Of a stretch of DNA of 64,000 nt, positions 9,920-22,939 are shown in pieces. Made by a program: the position numbers and the translations under genes. Source of the DNA: Struthio camelus (taxonomy: Eukaryota); contig NC_090970.1 in the NCBI RefSeq assembly GCF_040807025.1, positions 773,359 to 837,358 on the forward strand. Reading direction: 5' to 3'. How positions within the stretch are numbered: the first letter of the stretch is position 1; each line of letters starts with the position of its first letter. Below the pieces are notes generated by a model. That model made no database searches and had not been told where the DNA came from. It saw nothing but the letters and a program-made list of their open reading frames with translations.

Positions 9920-10930
9920 TCCCCCCGTTTTAACCCCAAATCCCCACTGCGGCCCCCACAACCCCCGTCGCCCCCCGAATCCCCCCTTCCGCCCCCAAAT
10001 CCCCCCGTCGCCCCCCAAATCCCCCTTTCTGCCCCCAAATCCCCCCATTGCCCCCCAAATCCCCCCGTCGCCCCCCGAATCCCCCCTTCTGTCCCCAAAT
10101 CCCCCCGTTGCCCCCGAATCCCCCCTTCAGCCCCCAAATCCCCCCGTCGCCCCCCAAATCCCCCTTTCTGCCCCCAAATCCCCCCTTCCGCCCCCAAATC
10201 CCCCCATTGCCCCCCGAATCCCCCCTTCCACCCCCAAATCCCCCCATTGCCCCCCAAATCCCCCCTTCCGCCCCCAAATCCCCCCATTGCCCCCCAAATC
10301 CCCCCTTCCACCCCCAAATCCCCCCGTCGCCCCCCAAATCCCCCCTTCAGCCCCCAGATCCCCCCATGGGCCCCCAAATCCCCCCGTCGCCCCCCAAATC
10401 CCCCTTTCTGCCCCCAAATCCCCCCATTGCCCCCCGAATCCCCCCTTCTGTCCCCAAATCCCCCCTTCAGCCCCCAGATCCCCCCATGGGCCCCCAAATC
10501 CCCCCTTCCGCCCCCCAAATCCCCCTTTCTGCCCCCAAATCCCCCCATTGCCCCCCGAATCCCCCCTTCAGCCCCCAGATCCCCCCGTCACCCCCCTAAT
10601 CCCCCCTTCAGCCCCCAAATCCCCCCTTCCGCCCCCAGATCCCCCCATGGCCCCCCAAATCCCCCCAAATCCCCCCTAATCCCCCCTTCTGCCCCCGAAT
10701 CCCCCGTCACCCCCCAATCCTCCCTTCCGCCCCCAAATCCCCCCGTCGCCCCCCAAATCCCCCGTTCTGCCCCCAAATCCCCCCATCGCCCCCCTAATCC
10801 CTTCCACCCCCAAAACCCCCTGTTGCACCCCGAAATCCCCCTTTATGCCCCCAAATCCCCCGTTTCCCGCCCGATTTTGCCCATTCCGCCCCGTTTCGCC
10901 CATTTCCCACCCGGTTTTGCCCATTCCGGA
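9920..10930. repeat. Satellite of about 30 bp, 1 kb (CCCCCAAATCCCCCCTTCCGCC...), intronic.
   Basis: Read directly. Confidence 0.9.
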
Positions 10931-10957
10931 CGCTTTTGGCCCCGCTCCGCGACTCAC

Positions 10958-11065
10958 GTGCAGGCCGAGGGCGGCGATCGGGGCCTGGAGCCCCTCGAGG
11001 TGCCGCAGCTGCTGCCCCGAACGCGGGTCCCAGAGCCCCACGGCGCCCGCCACTGAGCCTGACAC
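10958..11065 (-). CDS. TEP1: TEP1 E42, WD repeat: VSGSVAGAVGLWDPRSGQQLRHLEGLQAPIAALGLH.
   Basis: Donor CAC|gtgagt, acceptor gggcgggcgcag. Human SSDGSVGLWDPESGQRLGQFLGHQSAVSAVAAVEEH. Confidence 0.85.
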
Positions 11066-11089
11066 CTGCGCCCGCCCCACGGCTCAGCC

Positions 11090-12910
11090 CCACGGGCGCC
11101 CGGAGGCACCCGTTGGGACCCATTGGCACCCTCCTGCCCCATTGGGACCCATTGGGACCCATTGGGACCCATTGGGATCCCCCTGCCCCATTGGGACCCA
11201 TTGGGACCCACTGGGACCCCCCTGCCCCACTGGCACCCATTGGGACCCCCCTGCCCCATTGGGACCCATTGGGACCCCCCTGCCCCATTGGGACCCATTG
11301 GGACCCATTGGGACCCATTGGGATCCCCCTGCCCCATTGGGACCCATTGGAACCCTCCTGCCCCATTGGGACCCATTGGAACCCCCCTGCCCCACTGGCA
11401 CCCATTGGGACCCATTGGGACCCATTGGGACCCATTGGGATCCCCCTGCCCCATTGGGACCCATTGGAACCCATTGGGACCCCCCTGCCCCATTGGGACC
11501 CATTGGAACCCCCTGCCCCATTGGGACCCATTGGGACCCCCCTGCCCCATTGGGACCCATTGGGACCCATTGGGACCCCCCTGCCCCATTGGGACCCATT
11601 GGAACCCTCCTGCCCCATTGGGACCCATTGGAACCCCCCTGCCCCACTGGCACCCATTGGGACCCTCCTGCCCCATTGGGACCCATTGGGACCCATTGGG
11701 ACCCCCCTGCCCCATTGGGACTCATTGGAACCCCCCTGCCCCATTGGGACCCATTGGGACCCCCCTGCCCCATTGGGACCCATTGGGACCCATTGGGACC
11801 CCCCTGCCCCATTGGGACCCATTGGGACCCATTGGGACCCCCCTGCCCCATTGGGACCCATTGGAACCCTCCTGCCCCGTTGGGACCCTTGGGACCCCCC
11901 TGCCCCACTGGCACCCATTGGGACCCATTGGGACCCATTGGGACCCATTGGGATCCCCCTGCCCCATTGGGACCCATTGGAACCCCCCTGCCCCACTGGG
12001 ACCCATTGGGACCCCCCTGCCCCATTGGGACCCATTGGGACCCCCCTGCCCCATTGGGACCCATTGGAACCCTCCTGCCCCATTGGGACCCATTGGGACC
12101 CCCCTGCCCCACTGGCACCCATTGGGACCCATTGGGACCCATTGGGACCCATTGGGATCCCCCTGCCCCATTGGGACCCATTGGGACCCATTGGGACCCA
12201 TTGGGATCCCCCTGCCCCATTGGGACCCATTGGGACCCATTGGGACCCATTGGGACCCCCCTGCCCCATTGGGACCCATTGGGATCCCCCTGCCCCATTG
12301 GAACCCATTGGAACGCCCCTGCCCCACTGGGACCCATTGGGACCCCCCTGCCCCATTGGGACCCATTGGGACCCATTGGGACCCTCCTGCCCCATTGGGA
12401 CCCATTGGGATCCCCCTGCCCCATTGGGACCCATTGGAACCCCCCTGCCCCACTGGGACCCATTGGGACCCATTGGGACCCCCCTGACCCATTGGGACCC
12501 ATTGGGACCATCCTGCCCCATTGGAACCCATTGGGACCCCCCTGCCCCGTTGGGACCCATTGGGACCCCCCTGCCCCATAGAAAGCCATAGGGACCCATT
12601 GGGATCCCCCTGCCCCATTGGAACCCATTGGAACGCCCCTGCCCCACTGGGACCCATTGGGACCCCCCTGCCCCATTGGGACCCATTGGGACCCATTGGG
12701 ACCCTCCTGCCCCATTGGGACCCATTGGGATCCCCCTGCCCCATTGGGACCCATTGGAACCCCCCTGCCCCACTGGGACCCATTGGGACCCATTGGGACC
12801 CCCCTGACCCATTGGGACCCATTGGGACCATCCTGCCCCATTGGAACCCATTGGGACCCCCCTGCCCCGTTGGGACCCATTGGGACCCCCCTGCCCCATA
12901 GAAAGCCATA
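11090..12910. repeat. Satellite of about 1.8 kb, CCCATTGGGACCCATTGGGACCCCCCTGCC. Each 10 bp subunit contains CCATTGG (CCAAT on the other strand), so the array holds well over 100 CCAAT boxes.
   Basis: Read directly. Confidence 0.9.
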
Positions 12911-14600
12911 GGGATCCATTGGGACCCCCCTACCCCATAGGGACCCATTGGGACCCATGGGTCCACCCTGCCCCATAGCACCCCATAGGGACCCATAGAG
13001 ACCCATTGGGATCCTCCTACCCCATAGGGACCCATTGAGACCCATGGGACCCCTCTGCCCCATAGCACCCCATAGGGACCCATAGAGACCCATTGGGACC
13101 CCCCTGCCCATTAGGGACCCATTGGGACCCCTGGGAGCCCCCTGCCCCATAGCACCCCATAAATACCCATTGGGACCATCCTGCCCCATTGGAACCCATT
13201 GGGACCCCCCTGCCCCATTGGGACCCATTGGGACCCATGGGTCCACCCTGCCCCATAGCACCCCATAGGGACCCATAGAGACCCATTGGGACCCCCCTGC
13301 CCATTAGGGACCCATTGGGACCCCTGGGAGCCCCCTGCCCCATAGCACCCCACGGGGACCCATGAAGACCCATTGGAACCCATTCAGACCTCCCTGCCCC
13401 ATAGCACCCCATGGAGACCCACGGTGACCCATAGGGACCCATTGGGACCTCCCTGCCCCATAGCACCCCATGGAGACCCATGAAGACCCATAGGGACCCA
13501 TTGGGACCTTCCTGCCCCATAGCACCCCATGGAGACCCACGGTGACCCATAGGGACCCATTGGGACCTCCCTGCCCCATAGCACCCCATGGAGACCCATG
13601 AAGACCCATAGGGACCCATTGGGACCTTCCTGCCCCATAGCACCCCATGGAGACCCATGATGACCCATAGGGACCCATTGGGACCTTCCTGCCCCATAGC
13701 ACCCCATGGAGACCCATGATGACCCATAGGGACCCATTGGGACCTCCCTGCCCCATAGCCCCCATGGAGACCCACAGTGACCCATAGGGACCCATTGGGA
13801 CCTCCCTGCCCCATAGCACCCCATGGAGACCCATGATGACCCATAGGGACCCATTGGGACCTTCCTGCCCCATAGCACCCCATGGAGACCCATGATGACC
13901 CATAGGGACCCATTGGGACCTCCCTGCCCCATAGCACCCCATGGAGACCCATGAAGACCCATAGGGACCCATTGGGACCTTCCTGCCCCATAGCACCCCA
14001 TGGAGACCCACGGTGACCCATAGGGACCCATTGGGACCTCCCTGCCCCATAGCACCCCATGGAGACCCATGAAGACCCATAGGGACCCATTGGGACCTTC
14101 CTGCCCCATAGCACCCCATGGAGACCCATGATGACCCATAGGGACCCATTGGGACCTTCCTGCCCCATAGCACCCCATGGAGACCCATGATGACCCATAG
14201 GGACCCATTGGGACCTCCCTGCCCCATAGCCCCCATGGAGACCCACAGTGACCCATAGGGACCCATTGGGACCTCCCTGCCCCATAGCACCCCATGCAGA
14301 CCCATGAAGACCCATGGGAACCCATTGGGACCTACTTGCCCCATAGCCCCCCATGGAGACCCACGGTGACCCATGGGGACCCATTGGGACCTCCCTGCCC
14401 TATAGCACCCCATGGGGACCCACGAGGACCTATTGGAACCACGTGCCCCATAGCACCCCATGGAGACCCTTGGGACCTCCCTGCCCCATAGCCCCCCATG
14501 GAGACCCATTGGGACCCCCCTGCCCCACAGCCCCCCATAGGGCCCCGTGGGCACCCATAGGGACCCATAGGGCGCCCCCCGGCCCCCCTGCCCCACGGCG
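12910..14600. repeat. Satellite of about 60 bp, 1.7 kb (CCCCATAGCACCCCATGGAGACCCATGAAGACCCATAGGGACCCATTGGGACCTTCCTG).
   Basis: Read directly. Confidence 0.9.
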
Positions 14601-14606
14601 TCTCAC

Positions 14607-14732
14607 CAGCAGCTCGCCGGCCCAGGCCACGGCACCCAGCCAGTCGCGGTGGGCGTGGGGCCAGCGGCGCAGGGGCTGCCCCACGGCGGCGGCCGCCCCC
14701 GGCCCCACGGCCACCGGCCACACCGCCAGCGC
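14607..14732 (-). CDS. TEP1: TEP1 E41, WD repeat: ALAVWPVAVGPGAAAAVGQPLRRWPHAHRDWLGAVAWAGELL. The 5' end could lie 36 nt further upstream.
   Basis: Donor CTG|gtgaga. Human SLLCWDVRTPKTPVLIHSFPACHRDWVTGCAWTKDNLL. Confidence 0.75.
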
Positions 14733-15209
14733 CTGCCCCACGGCGCCGTCAGCTCCATGCCGCCGCCCGCCCTGCCCCATAGCCGCCCCCTGCCCCTTAT
14801 TGGCCCCCCACCCCATAGCACCCAGCCCCATAGCACCCTCAGCCCCATAGCTCCCAGCCCCATACCACCCTATAGCTCCATAGCTCCCAGCCCCATAGCG
14901 CCCACCAACCCCATAGCACCCTCAGCCCCATAGCACCCACCCCATAGCTCCCAGCCCCATAGCTCCTAGCCCCATAGCACCCAACCCCATAGCACCCACC
15001 AGCCCCATAACACCCACCCCATAGCTCCCAGTCCCATAGCACCCCCAGCCCCATAGCACCCAACCCTATAGCGCCCAGCCCCATAGCGCCCAATGCCATA
15101 GCACTGCCAGCCCCATAGCACCCAACCCCATAGCACCCAACCCCCCAGCATCCCCAGCCCCACGGCTGCCCCCCAGGCCCTCCAGTGCGCCCCACGGCAG
15201 CCTCCTTAC

Positions 15210-15385
15210 CCTGTCGTGGCCGCCCGTAGCAAGGCGTAGGCCATCGGGGCTCAGCCCCACACATGCCGTGGGGCCGACGTGGGGCTGGATGAGGCGGGTG
15301 ACGGGCGGCCCCCGCCCCACAGCTGCCCCCGGTGGGGGTGGCACCGCCAGGGCTTCAGCTGGCCACAGCCCCACGAACCCATCCT
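15210..15385 (-). CDS. TEP1: TEP1 E40, WD repeat: (E)DGFVGLWPAEALAVPPPPGAAVGRGPPVTRLIQPHVGPTACVGLSPDGLRLATGGHDR.
   Basis: Acceptor cccctgtgccccacag, donor AGG|gtaagg. Human GHEGPVSCCSFSTDGGSLATGGRDR. Confidence 0.85.
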
Positions 15386-15399
15386 CTGTGGGGCACAGG

Positions 15400-16200
15400 G
15401 GCCTCAGCGACCCATAGCGACCCATGGAGACCCCCAGAGACCCATAGATACCCCATAGAAACTTCATGGAGATCCTCCTGACCTACAGAGACCCATAGCG
15501 ACCTCCCACTGCCCCACAGACACCCCCTGCTGCCCCACACAGACCCCCCAGAGACCTCATGGAGATCCTCCTGACCTGCAGAGACCCATAGCGACCTCCC
15601 ACTGCCCCACAGACACCCCCTGCTGCCCCACACAGACCCCCAGAGACCTCATGGAGATCCTCCTGACCTGCAGAGACCCATAGCGACCTCCCACTGCCCC
15701 ACAGACACCCCCTGCTGCCCCACACAGACCCCCAGAGACCTCATGGAGATCCTCCTGACCTGCAGAGACCCATAGCGACCTCCCACTGCCCCACAGACAC
15801 CCCCTGCTGCCCCACACAGACCCCCAGAGACCTCATGGAGATCCTCCTGACCTGCAGAGACCCATAGCGACCTCCCACTGCCCCACAGACACCCCCTGCT
15901 GCCCCACACAGACCCCCCAGAGACCTCATGGAGATCCTCCTGACCTACAGAGACCCATAGCGACCTCCCACTGCCCCACAGACACCCCCTGCTGCCCCAC
16001 ACAGACCCCCAGAGACCTCATGGAGATCCTCCTGACCTGCAGAGACCCATAGCGACCTCCCACTGCCCCACAGACACCCCCTGCTGCCCCACACAGACCC
16101 CCAGAGACCTCATGGAGATCCTCCTGACCTGCAGAGACCCATAGCGACCTCCCATTGCCCCACAGAGACCCCCAGAGACCTCATGGAGATCCTGCAGCCC
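15400..16200. repeat. Satellite of about 92 bp, roughly 9 copies (cagagacccatagcgacctcccactgccccacagacaccccctgctgccccacacagacccccagagacctcatggagatcctcctgacctg).
   Basis: Read directly. Confidence 0.9.
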
Positions 16201-18190
16201 CACAGAGACCCTTGGAGACCCCACAGAGACCCACAGAGACCCATAGACGCCCCATAGAGACCCCAGAAAAAGCCTTCTGACCCACAGAGAGTCACAGCTG
16301 CCCTATAGACCCCCTCTAATACCCTTAGACCCCCCACAGCCCCCCACAGAGCCCCATAGCCACCCCTAACACCCCATAGAGCCCCCATAGACCCCCATAG
16401 CCCCCCTGTAACACTTCATAGACCCCCATAGCCCCCATAACTCCCCATAGAGCCCCCACAGTGCCCCATAACCCCCATAACACCCCCAGCCCCCATAACA
16501 CCCCATAGCATCCCCTATAATACCCCATAGACCCCATAACACCCCACAGAGCCCCCAATGCACCCCATAGCACCCCCTAGCACACATAGAGCCCCCATAG
16601 CATCTCATAGCCCCCCATAACACCCCATAGGACTCCCAAAGCCCCCCATAGCCCCCCATGACAACCCATAGACCCCCCTATAAGACCCCATAGCCCCCTA
16701 TAACACCCCATAGCCCCCCATAACACCCTGTAGGCCCCCCATAACACCCCATAGACCCCCTATAACACCCTATAGACCCCCATAACACCCCATATCACCC
16801 CATAGATTCCCTATACCACCCCATAGCACCCCATGCCACCCCCATAACATGCCAGAGACCCCCTATAGCACCCCATAGCACCCCATAACACCCCACAGAC
16901 CCCCCTATAACACCCCATAGCCCCCCGTAACACCCCATAGGCCCCCCATAACACCCCACAGACCCCCATAACACCCTATAGCCCCCATAACACCCCATAG
17001 CACCCCATAGACCCCCATAACACGCTATAGACCCCCATACCACCCCCATAGCACCCCATGGACCCCCTATAACACCCCACAACACCCCCATAACATTTCA
17101 TAGCACCCCATAGCCCCCCATACCACCCCATAACACCCCGTAGCACCCCATAGACCCCCATAACACCCCATAGACCCCCCATAACACCCTATAGATCCTC
17201 CATAGCACCCCCATAGCACCCCATAGCACCCCATAGCCCCCCATACCACCCCATAACACCCCATAGCACCCCATAGACCCCCTATAGCACTCCATAGCAC
17301 CCCATAGACCCCCCCATAGACCCCCATAGCACCCCATAGACCCCCCTGCAGCACCCCATAGCCCCCCATACCACACCCATAACACCCCATAGCACCCCAT
17401 AGAGCCCCCATAACACCCCATAGACCCCCATAGCACCCCATAGACCCTCCATAGCACCCCATAGCACCCCCTAGACCCCCCATAGACCCCCATAGCACCC
17501 CATAGACCCCCCTGCAGCACCCCATAGCCCCCCATACCACACCCATAACACCCCATAGCACCCCATAGAGCCCCCATAACACCCCATAGACCCCCATAGC
17601 ACCCCATAGACCCTCCATAGCACCTCATAGCACCCCCTAGACCCCCCATAGACCCCCATAGCACCCCATAGACCCCCCTGCAGCACCCCATAGCCCCCCA
17701 TACCACACCCATAACACCCCATAGCACCCCCTAGACCCCCCATAGACCCCCATAGCACCCCATAGACCCCCCGGCAGCACCCCATAGCCCCCCATACCAC
17801 ACCCATAACACCCCATAGCACCCCCTAGACCCCCCATAGACCCCCATAGCACCCCATAGACCCCCCTGCAGCACCCCATAGCCCCCCATACCACACCCAT
17901 AACACCCCATAGAGCCCCCATAACACCCCATAAACCCCCATAGCACCCCATAGACCCCCCTGCAGCACCCCATAGCCCCCCATACCACACCCATAACACC
18001 CCATAACACCCCATAGAGCCCCATAGCACCCCATAGACCCCCATAGACCCCCCTGCAGCACCCCATAGCCCCCCATACCACACCCATAACACCCCATAGA
18101 CCCCCATAGCACCCCATAGACCCCCATAACACCCCATAGCCCCCCCATACAGCACCCCATAGCCCTCCCCAGCACCCCATAGCCCCCCCC
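16200..18190. repeat. Satellites of CCCCATAGCACCCCATAGACCCCC type, 2 kb, with higher-order structure of about 90 bp and 180 bp.
   Basis: Read directly. Confidence 0.9.
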
Positions 18191-18206
18191 GCCCCGGCCC
18201 CCTTAC

Positions 18207-18422
18207 CGGTGGTGGCCACCAGGGTGCGGGCGTCCCCGGCCAGGGCCAGCAGGGCCCCCCCGGCCAGGGGCAGCACCCAGAGGGGCCGCGGGGTGCCGGG
18301 GGGGGGCGGCACCTCCCAGCTCCACAGGGAGCCCCCGGGCCCCCCCCCGGCCAGCGCCCGGGGGCCCAGCCAGGCCAGGCAGCTCACGGGCGCCCCGGCC
18401 CCGCAGCGCGCCGCCCCCCGGC
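18207..18422 (-). CDS. TEP1: TEP1 E39, WD repeats: (G)RGAARCGAGAPVSCLAWLGPRALAGGGPGGSLWSWEVPPPPGTPRPLWVLPLAGGALLALAGDARTLVATT.
   Basis: Acceptor cccttgtctcgcgcag, donor ACC G|gtaagg. Human AVSALAWLSPKVLVSGAEDGSLQGWAL... Confidence 0.8.
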
Positions 18423-18429
18423 CTGCGCG

Positions 18430-19190
18430 AGACAAGGGGCCCAGGCGTCCGGGAGGGGCCCAGGCGTCCGGGCCAGCCCCAACCCCCTCCCCCGCCGCGG
18501 CCGCTGCCACCCCGATCCCACCCCCGCGGACTGACGTGGCCAGCAGGGGCCCAGGTGTCCGGGGGAAGGGGCCCAGGCGTCCGGGAAAGGGGCCCAGGTG
18601 TCCGGGAAAGGAGCCCAGGCGTCCGGGGAAGGGGCCCAGGTGTCCGGGGAAGGGCCCAGGCATCCAGGGGAGAGGGCCCAGGTGTCCGGAAGGGGCCCAG
18701 GCATCCGGGAAAGGGGCCCAGGCGTCTGGGAAGGGGCCCAGGTGTCCGGGGAAGGGATCCCGGTGTCCGGGGAAGGGGCCCAGGTGTCCGGGGAAGGGGC
18801 CCAGGCATCCGGGATGAGGGACCCAGGTGTCTGGGAGGGGCCCAGGCGTCCAGGGCAGGACCTAGGTGTCCGGGGAGGGACCCAGGCGTCCGGGAAAGGG
18901 GCCCAGGTGTCCGGGAAGGGGCCCAGGCGTCCGGGGAGGGGTCCAGGCGTCTGGGTGAGGGGCCCAGGTGTCCGGGTAAGGGGCCCAGGCGTCCGGGGAA
19001 GGGGCCCAGGCGTCCGGGTGAGGGGCCCAGGTGTCCGGGGAGGGGCCCAGGTGTCCGGGGAGGGGGCCCAGGCGTCCGGGGAAGGGGCCCAGGCGTCCGG
19101 GTGAGGGGCCCAGGTGTCCGGGGAGGGGCCCAGGTGTCCGGGGAGGGGGCCCAGGCGTCCGGGAGGGGCCCAGGTGTCCGGGAGGGGCAC
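18430..19190. repeat. GC-rich ~20 bp family (G-strand on plus), intronic.
   Basis: Read directly. Confidence 0.9.
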
Positions 19191-19194
19191 TCAC

Positions 19195-19375
19195 CCCAGG
19201 GCGCCCAGTGCACCCAGACGTCCCCGCGCTGGTGCCCCACGGCCAGGCGGGTGCCGCTGGGGTCAAAGGCCACGCAGAGGCCGGGGTCGTCGCCGGGGTC
19301 GTCGCCGGGGTCGTCGCCGGGGGGGGGTCGCAGGGTCGCCCGCACCCGGCCCAGCCCCGGCGGCCACAGCAGCAC
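19195..19375 (-). CDS. TEP1: TEP1 E38, WD repeat: VLLWPPGLGRVRATLRPPPGDDPGDDPGDDPGLCVAFDPSGTRLAVGHQRGDVWVHWAPW. Contains a 12 bp x3 in-frame tandem (GDDP)3.
   Basis: Donor TGG G|gtgagt, acceptor gtgcccccag. Human ALSVALSPDGDRVAVGYRADGIRIY. Confidence 0.8.
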
Positions 19376-19379
19376 CTGG

Positions 19380-20450
19380 GGGCACCCGGGGGCCCCCTCA
19401 GCACCCCAAATCCGCCCTATCCCCCCACCCAACCCCCCCCAAACCCTCTCGGGGACCCCCAAACCCCCCAATTCACCCCAAAACCCCCCCGTACGGGGCC
19501 GCCGCCACCCCCCTAGAGCAGCCCTGGGGTCCCGGCCGGTTACGCCCCGGCCCCGGGGGCCACCCCAGGGTGCTCAGCACCCATCCGCCCCCACCCAAAC
19601 CCCTCCAGGGACCCCCCAAAACCCTGAAATCACCCCAAAACCCCCCAATTCACCCCAAAACCCCCCCGTACGGGGCCGCCACCACCCCCCTAGAGCAGCC
19701 CTGGGGTCTCGGCCGGTTACGCCCCGGCCCCAGGGTGCTCAGCACCCATCCGCCCCCACCCAAACCCCTCCAGGGACCCCCCAAACCCCCCAATTCACCC
19801 CCAAACCCCCCCGTACGGGGCCGCCGCCACCCCCCTAGAGCAGCCCTGGGGTCCCGGCCGGTTACGCCCCGGCCCCGGGGGCCACCCCAGGGTGCTCAGC
19901 ACCCATCCGCCCCCACCCAAACCCCTCCAGGGACCCCCCAAAACCCTGAAATCACCCCAAAACCCCCCAATTCACCCCCAAAACCCCCCGTACGGGGCCG
20001 CCGCCACCCCCCTAGAGCAGCCCTGGGGTCCCGGCCGGTTACGCCCCGGCGCCGGGGGCCACCCCAGGGTGCTCAGCACCCATCCGCCCCCACCCAACCG
20101 CCCCCAAACCCCTCCAGAGACCCCCCAAACCCCCCAATTCACCCCAAAACCCCCCCGTACGGGGCCGCCACCACCCCCCTAGAGCAGCCCTGGGGTCCTG
20201 GCCGGTTACGCCCCGGCCCCGGGGGCCACCCCAGGGTGCTCAGCACCCATCCGCCCCCACCCAAACCCCTCCAGGGACCCCCCAAAGCCCCCAATTCACC
20301 CCCAAACCCCCCCGTACGGGGCCGCCACCACCCCGCTAGAGCAGCCCTGGGGTCCCGGCCGGTTACGCCCCGGCCCCGGGGGCCACCCCAGGGTGCTCAG
20401 CACCCATCCGCCCCCACCCAAACCCCTCCAGGGACCCCCCAAACCCCCCC
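19380..20450. repeat. Tandem repeat of about 190 bp, 5-6 copies (ccccctagagcagccctggggtcccggccggttacgccccggcc...), intronic.
   Basis: Read directly. Confidence 0.9.
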
Positions 20451-20457
20451 CCCGTAC

Positions 20458-20679
20458 CTGGCCGCCGGGGCTGGCGCTGAGGAGGGCGGGGGCGGCGGGG
20501 GCCGGGGCCCAGGCCAGGGCGGCCGGTGGCCCCCCCAGGGTGCCCAGCACCCCGAGCGGGGTGCCCCCCGGCCAGCCCCACAGGCGCAGGGTGCCGGGGG
20601 TCTCGGCCGCCGCCAGCAGCCGCCCGGTCGGGTCGAAGGCGACCGCCCCGAAAGCGCCCGTCCCCCGCGGTCCCAGTTC
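20458..20679 (-). CDS. TEP1: TEP1 E37, WD repeats: ELGPRGTGAFGAVAFDPTGRLLAAAETPGTLRLWGWPGGTPLGVLGTLGGPPAALAWAPAPAAPALLSASPGGQ.
   Basis: Acceptor cccccccag, donor CAG|gtacgg. Human IRTLAFNVPGGVVAVGRLDSMVELWAWREGARLAAF. Confidence 0.8.
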
Positions 20680-20699
20680 CTGGGGGGGGGGGGGACCAG

Positions 20700-21850
20700 T
20701 TAGGGGACTGGGAGCACTGGGAGGGGGCCGGGGAGGGAGGCTGGGGTGTCCTAGGGTGGTTGCTGGGGGCACCCGGGGGACTCCCAGTGCTCCCAGTATC
20801 CTCCCAGTGCCTCCCAGTGGCCTCCCAGTGCCTCCCAGTGCTCTCCCAGTGTCTCCCAGTACCCTCCCAGTGCCTCCCAGTGCCTCCCAGTGCTCTCCCA
20901 GTGCCTCCCAGCACCTCCCACTGTCTCCCAGTACCCTCCCAGTGACCTTCCAGTGCCTCCCAGTGTCCTCCCAGTGCCCTTCCAATGCCTCCCAATGTCT
21001 CCCAGTATCCTCCCAGTGCCTCCCAGTACCTCTCAGTGTCTCCCAGTACCCTCCCAGTGACCTTCCACTGCCTCCCAGTGCCCTCTCAATGCCTCCCAGT
21101 GTCTCCCAGTATCCTCCCAGTGCCTCCCAGTACCTCCCAGTGTCTCCCAGTACCTCCCAGTGCATTCTAGTACCTTCCCAGTGACCTTCCACTGACTCCC
21201 AGTGCCCTCCCAATACCTCCCAGTGTCTCCCAGTACCCTCCCAGTGCCCTTCCAATGCCTCCCAATGTCTCCCAGTATCCTCCCAGTGCCTCCCAACACC
21301 TCCCAGTGCCTCCCAGGGCCCTTCCAATGCCTCCCAGTGCCTCCCAGTATCCCCCCAGTGCCTCCCAACACCTCCCAGTGCCTCCCAGTCCCCTCCCAGT
21401 GCCTCCCAGTGCATCCCAGTGACCTTCAGGTGCCTCTCAGTCCCCTCCCAGTCCCCTCCCAGTGCACCCCAGTGCCACCCAGTGCCTCCCAGTATCCCCC
21501 CAGTGCCTCCCAGTCTGCTCCCAGTGCCTCCCAGTCTCCTCCTAGTCCCGTCCCAATGCCCCCCAGTGCCCCCCAGTGCCTCCCAGTGTGCTCTCAGTGC
21601 CCCCCAGTGCCCTCCAGTCTGCTCCCAGTGCCTCCCAGTTCCCTCCCAGGTCCCTCCCAGTGCCTCCCAGTCTGCTCCCAGTGCATCCCAGTGCCACCCA
21701 GTGCCTCCCAGTATCCCCCAAGTGCCTCCCAGTCCCCTCCCAGCGCCTCCCAGTCTGCTCCCAGTGCATCCCAGTGCCCCCCAGTGCCTCTCAGTCCCTC
21801 TCAGTCCCCTCCCAGTGCCTCCCAGTGCATCCCAGTGCCCCCCAGTGCCC
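20700..21850. repeat. Minisatellite of about 11 bp, CTCCCAGTGCC/CTCCCAGTACC, 1.15 kb, intronic.
   Basis: Read directly. Confidence 0.9.
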
Positions 21851-21862
21851 CCCAGTGCTCAC

Positions 21863-22018
21863 GGTGGGGGGCGAGTCGCGGTCGAGGTGCAGCACGAGGA
21901 GGCGCCCGCCCCAACCGCCGGCCGCCAGCGCCGCCCCGCCGGGGTGGAAGGTGACGCAGGCCAGGGGGGAGCCCAGGGCCCGGCCCCCCGCCGGGACCCC
22001 CCCGGCCACCAGCCACAG
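21863..22018 (-). CDS. TEP1: TEP1 E36, WD repeat: LWLVAGGVPAGGRALGSPLACVTFHPGGAALAAGGWGGRLLVLHLDRDSPPT.
   Basis: Donor ACC|gtgagc, acceptor gtcgcccgcag. Human KSLNCVAFHPEGQVIATGSWAGSISFFQVD. Confidence 0.85.
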
Positions 22019-22039
22019 CTGCGGGCGACCGGCCTCGGT

Positions 22040-22820
22040 GCCCGCCCGGACGCCGGGGCCCCTCCCGGACGCCTGGGCCTCTTCCCCGGACGCCTGGGCC
22101 CCTCCCGGACGCCTGGGCCCCTCCCCGGACACCTGGGCCCCTCACCCGGATGCCTGGGCCCCCTCCCCGGGCGCCTGGGCCCCTTCCCCGGACGCCTGGG
22201 CCCCTTCCCTGGACGCCTGGACCCCTCACCCGGATGCCTGGGCCCCCTCCCCGGACGCCTGGGCCCCTCCCCGGACACCTGGGCCCCTCCCCCGGATGCC
22301 TGGGCCCCCTCCCCAGACACCTGGGCCCCTTCCCCGGACGCCTGGGCCCCTCACCCGGATGCCTGGACCCCTCACCCGGATGCCTGGGCCCCCTCCCCGG
22401 ACGCCTGGGCCTCTTCCCCGGACGCCTGGGCCCCTCCCCCGGACACCTGGGTCCCTCCCCGGACACCTGGGCCCCTTCCCCGGACGCCTGGGCCCCTTCC
22501 CCGGACACCTGGGCCCCTCCCCCGGACACCTGGGTCCCTCCCCGGACACCTGGGTCCCTTCCCGGACGCCTGGACCCCTCACCCGGATGCCTGGGCCCCC
22601 TCCCCGGACGCCTGGGCCCCTCCCCGGACACCTGGGCCCCTCCCCCGGATGCCTGGGCCCCCTCCCCAGACACCTGGGCCCCTTCCCCGGACGCCTGGGC
22701 CCCTCACCCGGATGCCTGGACCCCTCACCCGGATGCCTGGGCCCCCTCCCCGGACGCCTGGGCCCCTCCCCGGACGCCTGGGCCCCTCCCGGACGCCTGG
22801 GCCCCCCCCGGACGCCTGGG
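22040..22820. repeat. GC-rich ~20 bp family (C-strand on plus), intronic.
   Basis: Read directly. Confidence 0.9.
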
Positions 22821-22825
22821 CCCAC

Positions 22826-22925
22826 CTGGAGGCGCCCGTCGAGCCCGGCCGACGCCAGCAGCCGCCCGTCAGGACTGGGCGCCAGGGCGGTGACGGGGCC
22901 CCGATGCGCCGAGACGCTCCAGATG
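22826..22925 (-). CDS. TEP1: TEP1 E35, WD repeat: (R)IWSVSAHRGPVTALAPSPDGRLLASAGLDGRLQ.
   Basis: Donor CAG|gtgggc, acceptor cccccggcag. Human VLQTKAHQYQITGCCLSPDCRLLATVCLGGCLKLW. Confidence 0.85.
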
Positions 22926-22939
22926 CTGCCGGGGGCCGG

